64,000 bases of DNA from Candidatus Anstonellales archaeon (lineage in GTDB: Archaea > Micrarchaeota > Micrarchaeia > Anstonellales > J096), in contig JAVYLQ010000001.1 in NCBI GenBank assembly GCA_038740615.1, positions 19,157-83,156 of the forward strand, written 5' to 3'. A program made the translations under genes and the position numbers. Under the pieces are notes generated by a model. It worked only from the letters and a program-made list of their open reading frames with translations, searched no databases and was not told the origin of the DNA. Shown one piece after another: positions 52,934-62,529 of this stretch. Each line of letters opens with the position of its first letter. Within the stretch, counting starts at the first letter, position 1.

Positions 52934-54531
52934 TCTACAGTCACCGCTTTAGCTAAAAATCTTGGTTTGTCAGGATCTCTCCCCAAACCAACAGCCATAT
53001 TATATGCTAATCTTTGCAAATATACTATCGCAGCAATATGGAAATAGTTTGGAGTTAAAAAATTCGGATCTATAAGAAATACTTTACTGCCTCTAGCAAC
53101 AATCTCCTTGTAGTTATTAATAGCACTCTGATAACTCTCATCATTCCCATGGATAAATACTGTTTGTGAGTTCTCATCAAAAAGACTTAGTGGTCCATGC
53201 TTCATCTCCCCTGCTGCAAATGCCTCAGCATGTACATAACTTATCTCTTTCAGTTTTAGAGCCCCTTCCATAGCAATTGGATAATTTATACCTTTACCAA
53301 CAAAGAAGGTTTTTTTCGTTGGATCTAGCTGGATAAGATCTTTTCTAAGAGCTATATCAATTGCCTGTTTTATTTCATTAAGATCAAATCTACCAATAAG
53401 CTTATAACCAAATAGAACCTGAGTTAAGAATGTTTTAGTAGCAGCCACCCCAATTTCTATTCCAGCATTCATGGGGATTACATAATCAGAGATTGCAGCT
53501 AATGTTGAACCTAAATAGTTGGTTAAAGATAACACTTTAGCCCCTTTGGATTTTGCATAATTAACTGAATTAATAGTATCTATAGTTTCTCCACTCTGAC
53601 TGATAGTGAAAATATATTTTGAAGGTTTAGTGACCAGATATGGGTACTCAGATGAAATGTAAGGGATTATATTGAACTTTGTCAGATACTTTATGAATAA
53701 TATAGCATGATAGCTACTACCTGCAGCTATTCCATCAACTCGGTTTTTTCTGAGTATTTCCCTAATGCTCTTCAGATCTCCAGGTAGTATTGATTCAACA
53801 ATATCTCTCTGCTCATGTATTTCCTTTAGCATGAAATGCGGATATTCCCCTTTTATAGCTGATTCAAAATTGCCCTCAAATACTCTAACTGGTCTCTCTA
53901 TTACGATACCATTATTAAATATCTTATACCCTCCCTGCTCTATATAACCATAATCACCGTCTTCTAATCTTATATATTCTCTTGTATATTTTATGAATGC
54001 TGCTATATCCGAAGCTAAAAACATTTCCCCATATCCCACACCAATTATTAGAGGAGTTCCTCTTTTTGCAAAATATACTCTACTGTTATCGTTTTCAAGT
54101 ATGATTGCCAAACTATACACCCCATCTAGAGAATTGGATAATCTATATAAAGCCCTCAAAATATCTTTTTCCTCCTCCAGGTATAAATTGAGAAGTGCTG
54201 CAATCCTCTCTGTATCGGTATCTGATTTTAAATCTGGAAATTCAGGTAGATCTACGGTTCCGTTATGAACTAATACTATTTTACCATATTTATGGGGGTG
54301 AGCATTCCTCTCCTCTATACCCCCATGTGTTGCCCATCTAGTATGAGCAATAACCGGTGATCTCAACGTTTCTGGAATCTTTGGTATAAATTCATCAACT
54401 TTACCAACTGATCTTATTAATCTACCATCGTACAATCCTACAGAATCATATCCTCTATATTCTATTGCTTTCAGACCATATAATATAAATTCTTTTGGTC
54501 TGTTACCAACATATCCTAGTATCCCGCACAT
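52930..54531 (-). CDS. glmS: Glutamine-fructose-6-phosphate transaminase
   Basis: MCGI, EYRGYDS, HTRWATHG, SQSGET, GEMKHGP, LAKAVTVE. Confidence 0.96.
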   Translation of the reverse strand: MCGILGYVGNRPKEFILYGLKAIEYRGYDSVGLYDGRLIRSVGKVDEFIPKIPETLRSPVIAHTRWATHGGIEERNAHPHKYGKIVLVHNGTVDLPEFPDLKSDTDTERIAALLNLYLEEEKDILRALYRLSNSLDGVYSLAIILENDNSRVYFAKRGTPLIIGVGYGEMFLASDIAAFIKYTREYIRLEDGDYGYIEQGGYKIFNNGIVIERPVRVFEGNFESAIKGEYPHFMLKEIHEQRDIVESILPGDLKSIREILRKNRVDGIAAGSSYHAILFIKYLTKFNIIPYISSEYPYLVTKPSKYIFTISQSGETIDTINSVNYAKSKGAKVLSLTNYLGSTLAAISDYVIPMNAGIEIGVAATKTFLTQVLFGYKLIGRFDLNEIKQAIDIALRKDLIQLDPTKKTFFVGKGINYPIAMEGALKLKEISYVHAEAFAAGEMKHGPLSLFDENSQTVFIHGNDESYQSAINNYKEIVARGSKVFLIDPNFLTPNYFHIAAIVYLQRLAYNMAVGLGRDPDKPRFLAKAVTVE

Positions 54532-54567
54532 TGATTTAAAATAGATGTTTTGAATTAAAAAGTTTAT

Positions 54568-55410
54568 ATGTACATTGGTTATCCATGTGTGAATTATACT
54601 ATCAAAAGATCTACAAATAATACGTTTAAACTTAGTTCATACAGTCATCAGAAAGTAAGAGAGACTGTGCAAAAGAATATAGATCATTTCTGGGACATTC
54701 TGAAGTTTAATCTTAGATATGATATTAAATTTTTTAGATTGGGTTCTCAGTTCATCCCGTTCGCAAGCCATGATATTTTTGATTTTAATTGGCAGGATGA
54801 ATTTAGAGATCAACTAGAGGAACTTGGCGAATTTATAAGAGAACACGAATTTTTCATTACCATGCATCCTGGACAATATGTGGTTCTCAACTCCAAAAAT
54901 CAGGATGTAATTCGGAGAAGCATAAGGGAATTAGAGTGGCACGCAGATCTATTGGATTTAATGAAAATAGATGGTTTGATACAGATACATATCGGAGGAA
55001 TTTTCGATAACAAACCTGAAGCTATAAATAGATTTCTAAATTCTTATAATAGCTTACCCTATAAAGTAAGAAGGAGATTGGCTATTGAGAATGATGATAG
55101 ATTATATAATTTTGAAGATGTTCTAATGATAGCGAGATCTACAGGAGCGCATATTGTATTTGATGTATACCATGATAGGATAAATCCATCAAATTACTCA
55201 TTACAGGAGATTTTAGATATTCTAAAAGATAATCTGATTATAGACTATAGTTCTGGTGATGATAGAGGGAAACATGCCGACACACTAGATGCCTATGATT
55301 TTCTTCAGTTCTATAGAACTGTAGAAGGATATAATCCAAAAATAATGTTTGAGATCAAGGACAAGGAAAAAAGTGTGCTAACGGCTAAAGATCTAATAAA
55401 AACAAAATAG
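54568..55410 (+). CDS. uvsE: UV DNA damage endonuclease
   Basis: IGYPC, TMHPGQY, IHIGG, AIENDD, FDVYHD, HAD, EIKDKE. Confidence 0.93.
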   Translation: MYIGYPCVNYTIKRSTNNTFKLSSYSHQKVRETVQKNIDHFWDILKFNLRYDIKFFRLGSQFIPFASHDIFDFNWQDEFRDQLEELGEFIREHEFFITMHPGQYVVLNSKNQDVIRRSIRELEWHADLLDLMKIDGLIQIHIGGIFDNKPEAINRFLNSYNSLPYKVRRRLAIENDDRLYNFEDVLMIARSTGAHIVFDVYHDRINPSNYSLQEILDILKDNLIIDYSSGDDRGKHADTLDAYDFLQFYRTVEGYNPKIMFEIKDKEKSVLTAKDLIKTK

Positions 55411-55428
55411 GTTATGAATACAGCAATG

Positions 55429-55514
55429 TGCAGGGGGTGGGATTTGAACCCACGAACCCACAACGGGACCAGGTCTTAAGCCTGGCGCCTTTGACCAGAC
55501 TTGGCTACCCCTGC
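55429..55514 (-). tRNA. tRNA-Leu(TAA)
   Basis: GCAGGGG/CCCCTGC acceptor stem, CCAGG-CTTAAGA-CCTGG anticodon arm, long variable arm, TTCAAAT; no encoded CCA. Confidence 0.95.
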
Positions 55515-55568
55515 TCAATTTATTTTTCAGATCTGTATTTTAAAAAATATCACAATAAATATTCATAT

Positions 55569-55973
55569 ATGAAATATTTAAAAATCCCTATCAAACCCAT
55601 ATATCCAGATGCTAGTAGGATAAATTCGATAGAAGATATATCTAATCTTCTAGTAGACATATTAGGCCTAGGTCGTAGTAAAGTGGTTAGATACATAATC
55701 AGAAGACTGATAGAGGCAAAACTATCAAGAACACATGTTACAATAGATCAATTATACATAGAATCCAGATTGAATAGAAAATCTCTGTATTACCATATGA
55801 AAAGATTACAGAGGTTAGGTATAGTAAATAGAGAGAATAAAGCTTACTTCTTAGGAGAAACTGTAGACCAGCCCTTGAAATCATTTCTGGAAAATCTATA
55901 TAAGAGCAAATTAGATCGGATGGTAGAGACAATCTCCCAGATACTAGCTATTGCTTCAAATCGTTTCGGATAA
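55569..55973 (+). CDS. Winged-helix (ArsR-like) DNA-binding protein
   Basis: TIDQL...LNRKSLYYHMKRLQRLGIV; start moved to ATG 55569 because the track start is antisense to tRNA-Leu. Confidence 0.7.
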   Translation: MKYLKIPIKPIYPDASRINSIEDISNLLVDILGLGRSKVVRYIIRRLIEAKLSRTHVTIDQLYIESRLNRKSLYYHMKRLQRLGIVNRENKAYFLGETVDQPLKSFLENLYKSKLDRMVETISQILAIASNRFG

Positions 55974-56469
55974 CTCTCTTCCCATTTTCAGAAGGAATTA
56001 TAATTAGTTTGGGATTCTTAAACTCTGCTCTCTTACCTAAAATGTGTAACATAATCCCCAAAGCTGCTACTTCACTGTGAGGTTGATTACCTATGGCAAT
56101 ATTATAATCAGAAATCGAATAGATTTCTCTGGGAACTCTACTACCACCTATTATTATAACCATCTTGTCTAAAGATCTTAGAGTCTGGATTTTCTCCTCT
56201 ACAGGTATTCCATACATAGTTAAATGAATAAGAACATACCCAGATTCCTTGTAATTTCTGAGAGTTTTCATGATGTCATCAGAATACTCTATCTCCATCG
56301 CCTGCCCCCACCTGGATTCCACATTCCTGATACTATTTTCAAGGGCTGTATCCCTGTCTCCAGAATAAATAAATTTTGATGCTCCAAATGCTCTTGCAAC
56401 CAGAGCACAGTGTGAAGTTATTCTCTGATCTCTAACTATCCTATGCCCTAATCTTACGATAACAATCAT
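55948..56469 (-). CDS. trm56: tRNA (cytidine56-2'-O)-methyltransferase
   Basis: RLGHR..RD.RITSH, HLTMYG, GNQPHSEVAAL. Confidence 0.95.
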   Translation of the reverse strand: MIVIVRLGHRIVRDQRITSHCALVARAFGASKFIYSGDRDTALENSIRNVESRWGQAMEIEYSDDIMKTLRNYKESGYVLIHLTMYGIPVEEKIQTLRSLDKMVIIIGGSRVPREIYSISDYNIAIGNQPHSEVAALGIMLHILGKRAEFKNPKLIIIPSENGKRVIRNDLKQ

Positions 56470-56497
56470 ATTTTTTAATGATTCTATTCCTATTTAA

Positions 56498-57178
56498 ATG
56501 ATGCATGTTGCTGTAATCCCAGATGGTAATAGAAGATGGGCTAGAAGTAGAGGACTGAGTCTAGAAGAGGGCTATGAGGCTGGAATAAAGAAGTTTGCAG
56601 AGTTCGTCAAGTGGTCTATAGAATTGGGAATCACCGAGATAACTGGGTGGGGAATGAGTTATGATAATTATAGGAACAGGGATAGAGAGGTTCTAGATAG
56701 TATAAAAAGAATTGTTAATAGGTATTACGAGGAGAATAAGAATAGGAAAGATGAGATTATGACAACTTACCCTATATTAAAAGATATAAATCTGAAGGTT
56801 TATGGATATTTTGAAGAGTTAACAGATGAGGAAAGAGAGTATATAGAGTTGATAAACAACCAATTGAATGGTGAAAAATATAAGGTAAATATTTTGCTAT
56901 TTTACAATGGTAGAATTGAGATACTAAGTGCTGTTCGTAAGTTAGTTAATTCAGAAAAAATAGATCTAGATAGTCTGGAAAAGAACCTTATGCTGAAATC
57001 CAAGCCTGATATAATAATAAGGACCGGGGGTAGGATAAGAACCTCGGGCTTTCTACCAATACAATCTGAGTATTCAGAATGGTTCTTCCTGGAGAAATTA
57101 TGGCCAGATTTTACCAGAGAGGATTATATTAAGATATTAAATGAATTTCAAACCAGAGAGAGAAATTTTGGAAGATGA
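56498..57178 (+). CDS. uppS: cis-prenyltransferase (undecaprenyl/dolichol diphosphate synthase)
   Basis: IPDGNRRWA, IIRTGG..RTSGF, LWPDF, RERNFG. Confidence 0.95.
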   Translation: MMHVAVIPDGNRRWARSRGLSLEEGYEAGIKKFAEFVKWSIELGITEITGWGMSYDNYRNRDREVLDSIKRIVNRYYEENKNRKDEIMTTYPILKDINLKVYGYFEELTDEEREYIELINNQLNGEKYKVNILLFYNGRIEILSAVRKLVNSEKIDLDSLEKNLMLKSKPDIIIRTGGRIRTSGFLPIQSEYSEWFFLEKLWPDFTREDYIKILNEFQTRERNFGR

Positions 57179-57948
57179 AAATAGAACTAGATACAGAATT
57201 GAATGCATATCAGAATGCTGTCAGATATTTCGAACTAGCTAAGGAATTAAGAAAGAAGCTGGATGGAATGAGAGCTGCTCTACAGGAAATTGATAGGAAG
57301 ATTGCCGAGGAGAAGAGAAGGTTGGAGGAGCAGGCCAGAGAGATTGAGAGCCAGAAGAAAGTGATTGTAGAGAAGGAATGGTATGAGAGATTCAATTGGA
57401 GTCTAACATCATCTGGTAAGTTAGTGCTAATAGGCAAAGATGAACGGCAGAACGAATTCCTGGTTCGTAACTATCTGAAGGATAACGATCTGTTCTTTCA
57501 TGCTGATATTAAAGGATCTGCAGCTGTTATCCTGCTGAATGGCATTCAATCAGATTTAGATGAGAGGTTGGAGGTAGCACAGCTTGCTGCTAGCTATAGT
57601 AGAGCCTGGAAGGAGGGGATAGGTTATGTAAATGTGTATTGTGTAAAAGCTGATCAAGTAACTAAGAGTAGTATGGAAGGTTATCTAGGTACAGGCGGTT
57701 TTTTGATAAAGGGTGAAAGAGAATGGTATAAGAATACACCTCTATCGCTCAAACTTGGTATCAGTAATGGTAAATTGCTTATAGTTTCAGAGTATTATAA
57801 ATCTCCTCTGGATAAACAGATCATTCTTATGCCTGGAACAAAATTTTCTAAAGGAGAACTAGCTAAGAGATTAGCTAAATACTATAACATCCATCCAGAT
57901 GAGTTTCTAAGCAGATTGCCCGCTGGAGAATATATTATTAGATCCTGA
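57175..57948 (+). CDS. Short NFACT protein (coiled coil plus NFACT-R/DUF814)
   Basis: QNAVRYF, WYERF.W, GKD..QNE, FFHADIKGS, YSRAW, GGFLIKGER. Confidence 0.85.
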   Translation: MKIELDTELNAYQNAVRYFELAKELRKKLDGMRAALQEIDRKIAEEKRRLEEQAREIESQKKVIVEKEWYERFNWSLTSSGKLVLIGKDERQNEFLVRNYLKDNDLFFHADIKGSAAVILLNGIQSDLDERLEVAQLAASYSRAWKEGIGYVNVYCVKADQVTKSSMEGYLGTGGFLIKGEREWYKNTPLSLKLGISNGKLLIVSEYYKSPLDKQIILMPGTKFSKGELAKRLAKYYNIHPDEFLSRLPAGEYIIRS

Positions 57949-59122
57949 GTAACATCTTCTCCCTCCAATATTCCACTTCTAACATATCCCTAAACTCAGG
58001 TAAATCGTATCCTACTTTTATGATAGAGAATCCTTTTAGATTGTAATTAGATATAAATTTCTCTGTTAGATTGTTTATATCATTTATAAAATATCTTGGA
58101 ATATAAAATCTTTCATCTTTCAAATATCCTGTTTCCAATCTTTCAAAGATATCCACAGATGGTCCGGGGATTAGTTCTGCATACTCTATCTTAGACATAA
58201 TTGGGATTCCTCCTAGATATGCATATTTGTCTCTAACCAAAACATGAAGATACTCTATGAATATCTTATTCTTCTCAAGATAATCCCTCCATGCCTTACC
58301 AATTCTCCGTAACATACCATATGATTTATCCTCTAATTCGTACGGATTACTCAAGAGTATCCCAAATTCACCAGATCTATTCTCCCTACCTATATGGAAA
58401 TACTGCTCAGAAGGAGATTTGATAAATCCTCTAGAATACACAATGAATCTAGATAGTGTTGATAGGGATACAGCTGCTCCAGCATTTCTATTAGCATCTG
58501 TTGGGTCTATCACAATCAGAGGATCAGAAAATTCCTTCTCAGATTTCGTCTCCAGCTCAATTCTAACCGGAATTTTCCATTTGCTCGCAGATTCCAATAC
58601 TGATAGAAAACTCCCATATTTAATTATCAGTAATTCACATAAGTATCCGGAGAAACCATTCACTCGATTATCAGCCCCATATAACCCTAAAGTCTTCATA
58701 AACCTCTTTAACAACCTAACTTCATCTCTCTTATTGTCATCTAATTTTGATATTACATATCTATAATGAAGTGGAGTTCTATCCACAGCACTACGATGGT
58801 TAGATGATATGGGTACTAGATCAATATTATATCCCATATACCTTACCTTTACGTATGGATGTTCAGAATATTTTATCATATAATCCAAACCTTTGAGCTT
58901 TACGGCATTCAGAATCTCTTCAAATCCCTTATGTTTATCACCATCGGTTTCGTAGAACATATCCAGATCATAATCTCCTCTAAGATTAGTTCCTTTTGCC
59001 ACAGATCCATACAACTTCAGATCAAGTCCTAGAAGGCTCTTTATACTCTGAGCTACTTTTAGAGCCTCCTCCGTATCTGGTTTTAGCTCGTTCTTTAATC
59101 GATCTAAGAACTCTAACCCCAT
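57938..59122 (-). CDS. cca: Archaeal CCA-adding enzyme (class I)
   Basis: GSVAKGT...DLD, SEHPY, SAVDRTPLH, GFSGYLCEL, DPTD..RN. Confidence 0.94.
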   Translation of the reverse strand: MGLEFLDRLKNELKPDTEEALKVAQSIKSLLGLDLKLYGSVAKGTNLRGDYDLDMFYETDGDKHKGFEEILNAVKLKGLDYMIKYSEHPYVKVRYMGYNIDLVPISSNHRSAVDRTPLHYRYVISKLDDNKRDEVRLLKRFMKTLGLYGADNRVNGFSGYLCELLIIKYGSFLSVLESASKWKIPVRIELETKSEKEFSDPLIVIDPTDANRNAGAAVSLSTLSRFIVYSRGFIKSPSEQYFHIGRENRSGEFGILLSNPYELEDKSYGMLRRIGKAWRDYLEKNKIFIEYLHVLVRDKYAYLGGIPIMSKIEYAELIPGPSVDIFERLETGYLKDERFYIPRYFINDINNLTEKFISNYNLKGFSIIKVGYDLPEFRDMLEVEYWREKMLLRI

Positions 59123-59733
59123 GTTTCTACGAATACTCTTCTGGGTTTTAGCTCTCTAACTATATTCATAATGAACTCCCTATTGCCACATAAATACATA
59201 TCTATTTCTTTGTATTCTCTAAAATCTTCTATATTAAATCTACTATCTCCTTCACCAGTATATCTTATATCTATATTCAATCCAAGCCTAGACATCAATC
59301 TAAGCTCAGATTCATATAAATTCTCTTCCCTAAACCTAAAGCTCGAGAATAAATAAAAATCTCCTTCTAGCTCAGATGAGTAGATATGTCTAAGGATGCT
59401 CATAATTGGAGCGATCCCCGATCCTGTAGAAATGAAAACCGCACTTTTCTGATTATGATATGTGAATCTACCATATGGTCCTTTTACTATAACTTCTTTT
59501 CCATAGAGTTCATCTAGCTTAGAAGTAAAGGCTCCGCCGATGTTTGTAATGAACAGTTCTAAATATGGATAGCTAGGGTGAGATGCTATAGAATAGGATC
59601 TTTCCAAATTAGAATACAAAATATTTATAAACTGTCCAGGGAGATACTCAAGCCCTCTCTGAATAGGGTATAGTCTTAGAAGATAGTTTCTTCCTCCTCT
59701 GTTTATTGCTCCAACTCTATAAAGGTATTCCAT
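59113..59733 (-). CDS. FNR-like FAD/NAD(P)-binding oxidoreductase
   Basis: PGQF, RSYSIAS, GPYGRF, GSGIAP, YLCG. Confidence 0.88.
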   Translation of the reverse strand: MEYLYRVGAINRGGRNYLLRLYPIQRGLEYLPGQFINILYSNLERSYSIASHPSYPYLELFITNIGGAFTSKLDELYGKEVIVKGPYGRFTYHNQKSAVFISTGSGIAPIMSILRHIYSSELEGDFYLFSSFRFREENLYESELRLMSRLGLNIDIRYTGEGDSRFNIEDFREYKEIDMYLCGNREFIMNIVRELKPRRVFVETWG

Positions 59734-59761
59734 GAATTGAATATCCGAATAATGTTTAAAA

Positions 59762-60271
59762 TCATTTCATATATTCTTCTTTAAGCTTGTGAACGATTTC
59801 AGGTGTCAGTGGTTCTAATTTGGATCCACAATTTGGACATTTAAATTTATAAGCCAAAGCATCATCGTAGCTGAAGTACAGAGGACTCTCTTTGGAACAG
59901 GAAGGGCAATAATATAGCTCTACCCCTTCTTCCAACTGAATAATGAGCTCATCGAATACACCAAAGACATTCTTCTCCAGATATTCCAGAAGACCATTCT
60001 CATCAAGAGACCATAAATATGTTATATATCCTTTATCATCAACGAGTTTCTTACAATCTACCACGTTCTTATCTTGCATTTTGAGTAAACTCTTCTGAAC
60101 AGATTTCTCCGGTATACCTGTGTCTTGGATGATGTTAGCATCACTAATCTCTAATCTGTCACGCATATATCTTATGAGCTGGATAGCATCCTCTCCAAAG
60201 TCATCTACAATTCTCTTTCGAACAATATTTAACTCAAGGAGTTCGTCTAATCTCGCATTTCTACTTATCAT
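59762..60271 (-). CDS. Transcription factor E alpha paralog 2
   Basis: Winged helix with GYITYLW wing, then YYCPSC...FKCPNCG Zn ribbon. Confidence 0.8.
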   Translation of the reverse strand: MISRNARLDELLELNIVRKRIVDDFGEDAIQLIRYMRDRLEISDANIIQDTGIPEKSVQKSLLKMQDKNVVDCKKLVDDKGYITYLWSLDENGLLEYLEKNVFGVFDELIIQLEEGVELYYCPSCSKESPLYFSYDDALAYKFKCPNCGSKLEPLTPEIVHKLKEEYMK

Positions 60272-60794
60272 CTTCACCAGATCTCTCGTAATTTATCACA
60301 ATATCCTCATCCAGTAGCATAAGATTACCATTGCATACTTCACATCTATAGTGCAAATTCATAGCCTTTTCAAAATCATATATCTTCAAATCAAATCTAC
60401 TAGAGCAATTTTTACAATAATATAATTCCTCTCCTAATGCCAGTCTATTTTTCAAAGTTTCCAATTTATCATAAGTGTTCTTCCTTATCCATATTATCAA
60501 CTCCTGAAGATCAGGCTTCCAATAGAATTCATACCAACCGGGTCGAACATCACTGTGCTTCTCATACATAGTAATCCCGTAATTGTACATTTGATTTAAC
60601 ACCTCTCTAACCTCCTTCACAGGCATATTAAGATCTCTAGCTATTTGATCGTCTGTGAACGCCTTATCGACAGGAGAGTTCATAAAATATTGAATTATCT
60701 GTAATGATCCTTCCCCCAACTCATCAACCAAAATTTTTCTCACATCATTTTCATCAAGTAATTTTCTCAATTCTAAAATTAAATCATTTTCCAT
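60261..60794 (-). CDS. tfe: Transcription factor E alpha
   Basis: TDDQIA, VREVLNQMY, GWYEFYW, YYCKNC...FEKAM...CEVC. Confidence 0.88.
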   Translation of the reverse strand: MENDLILELRKLLDENDVRKILVDELGEGSLQIIQYFMNSPVDKAFTDDQIARDLNMPVKEVREVLNQMYNYGITMYEKHSDVRPGWYEFYWKPDLQELIIWIRKNTYDKLETLKNRLALGEELYYCKNCSSRFDLKIYDFEKAMNLHYRCEVCNGNLMLLDEDIVINYERSGEDDK

Positions 60795-60847
60795 GTTATA
60801 TATATACACGAAACTATTTAAAAATACGATTTATAATAATATTTGTT

Positions 60848-61246
60848 ATGCGAGAACTTAAGATAATTGAACATTACAGACCTTTCCTATTGTTAGAAGT
60901 AGCGTCAGCTATGGCTGATAACAACATCAACATAGCTAGTATAAGAACATACAATGTTGGAGAGGTAATGATAATATCCCTGCTATTGGAGGATAAGGAT
61001 TTTGATAAGGCCAAAGAGATTGCTACCACCAAATGGAACGTTGTACAGAGTGATTCTATAATAGTGGAGTTGGATGATAAGCCAGGACAATTGGCAAAAA
61101 TGGTTAGAATGTTGGTGGATAACAATATAGAGATAAGATCTTCTAATGTTATAGACAGAATTGGTGGGAAAACGTATCTGATGGTAGACACTAATGATAA
61201 TCAGAAGGCAAGTAAGATATTGAGAGAAGAATTCAATATCTCATGA
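60848..61246 (+). CDS. Tandem ACT-domain protein
   Basis: NNINI and DDKPGQLA...NNIEI; start moved to ATG 60848. Confidence 0.8.
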   Translation: MRELKIIEHYRPFLLLEVASAMADNNINIASIRTYNVGEVMIISLLLEDKDFDKAKEIATTKWNVVQSDSIIVELDDKPGQLAKMVRMLVDNNIEIRSSNVIDRIGGKTYLMVDTNDNQKASKILREEFNIS

Positions 61247-62529
61247 ACTCTAGTTGGAGGGTTCTAGAAGGAGGGGATATAAAGTTAGATACAGTACAAT
61301 TATCCAAAGATGAATATCTCTTTATTCAAGAATTTCTACAGGATTTAATCGTTAGAGAGAATATAGACCATGGTAGGATAGGTGTGCTACTGGATGATTT
61401 TGCGGCCAAAAATAGAGTAATGCTCAAACCAGTTCAACGCGATAGGATGATTAGATATATAGATAAGTTTTACCTTGGGTTGGGATATTTAGAGGATATT
61501 CTAAAAATGAGTAATGTGGAGGAAATAGCAGTTATAGGATTGAATAAACCAATATATATTTATCAAGACGGATGGAAATCTACTAATGTAGCTATATCTT
61601 CTAGAGAATATTTTATAGATCTTGTGAATAGATTAGCTCATAAATCAAATAGAAGAATAACCCTTAGAAACCCTAGACTAAACGCAAGTCTTGACAACTA
61701 TAGAATCCATGCATCAATAGATCCTGTTTCTGAATGTGAAATGACTATAAGAATCCTACGAAAGGACAGGTTAAGCTATCTGGATTTTATAGATAGATCC
61801 GTATATCCAAAAGAATTGATAGCCTATCTAGCACTCATCATGTTAACAGACTCATCGGTAATAATAGCGGGTAATACCGGATCTGGTAAGACTAGTTTTC
61901 TGAATTCTCTATTATCTTTTATACCGTATGGAGATCGAATTGTAATTGTAGAGGAAACTCCAGAGATAAGGATTGATCATCCTCAGCAAGTTAGATTAGT
62001 AGAGAATACGGATCTGGGGATATCTTTTAGAGATTTAGTATATGATACACTTAGAATGCGAAGTGATAGAACAATAGTAGGGGAGGTTCGTAAACCGGAT
62101 GAAGTTAAGGCTTTTATAGATGTAGTCCTATCAGGACAGGCAAGAGGAACGTATGCAACATTTCACGCACACTCTAGTAGAGAATTGGTAAGTAGAATGC
62201 TAAGTTACGGGGTATCTAAAAGTGATATAGAGGCAATAGATTTTATAATCATACAAAAAAGATTGTTAAGAGAAGTTGATAACAGATTGGTGGAATTAAG
62301 AAGAGGTATTGAAATGATATATGTTCCTGAAAATAGAGTGCTGTTCAAATTAGATAGTGGAATAGATCATGAAGGGATAATCCAAATCCTTAAGGAGAAA
62401 CTATACATAGACCAAACATGGATAGAATACAAGTATAACAGAATTCTAGATTTTATTTCAAATAGAAGAGGAGATTTCTCAAAGCTATTTTTAGAATATC
62501 AGAGAGAGATACTGGGTTATGATATCTAA
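61243..62529 (+). CDS. Type II/IV secretion / pilus assembly ATPase (CpaF/TadA/VirB11-like)
   Basis: GNTGSGKTS, IVEETPEI, LRMRSDRTIVGEVR, ATFHA. Confidence 0.92.
   Translation: MNSSWRVLEGGDIKLDTVQLSKDEYLFIQEFLQDLIVRENIDHGRIGVLLDDFAAKNRVMLKPVQRDRMIRYIDKFYLGLGYLEDILKMSNVEEIAVIGLNKPIYIYQDGWKSTNVAISSREYFIDLVNRLAHKSNRRITLRNPRLNASLDNYRIHASIDPVSECEMTIRILRKDRLSYLDFIDRSVYPKELIAYLALIMLTDSSVIIAGNTGSGKTSFLNSLLSFIPYGDRIVIVEETPEIRIDHPQQVRLVENTDLGISFRDLVYDTLRMRSDRTIVGEVRKPDEVKAFIDVVLSGQARGTYATFHAHSSRELVSRMLSYGVSKSDIEAIDFIIIQKRLLREVDNRLVELRRGIEMIYVPENRVLFKLDSGIDHEGIIQILKEKLYIDQTWIEYKYNRILDFISNRRGDFSKLFLEYQREILGYDI

Noticed and set aside
55428..55568. ORF N-terminus MQGVGFEPTNP...
   Set aside because: Typical antisense translation of a tRNA gene (tRNA-Leu).
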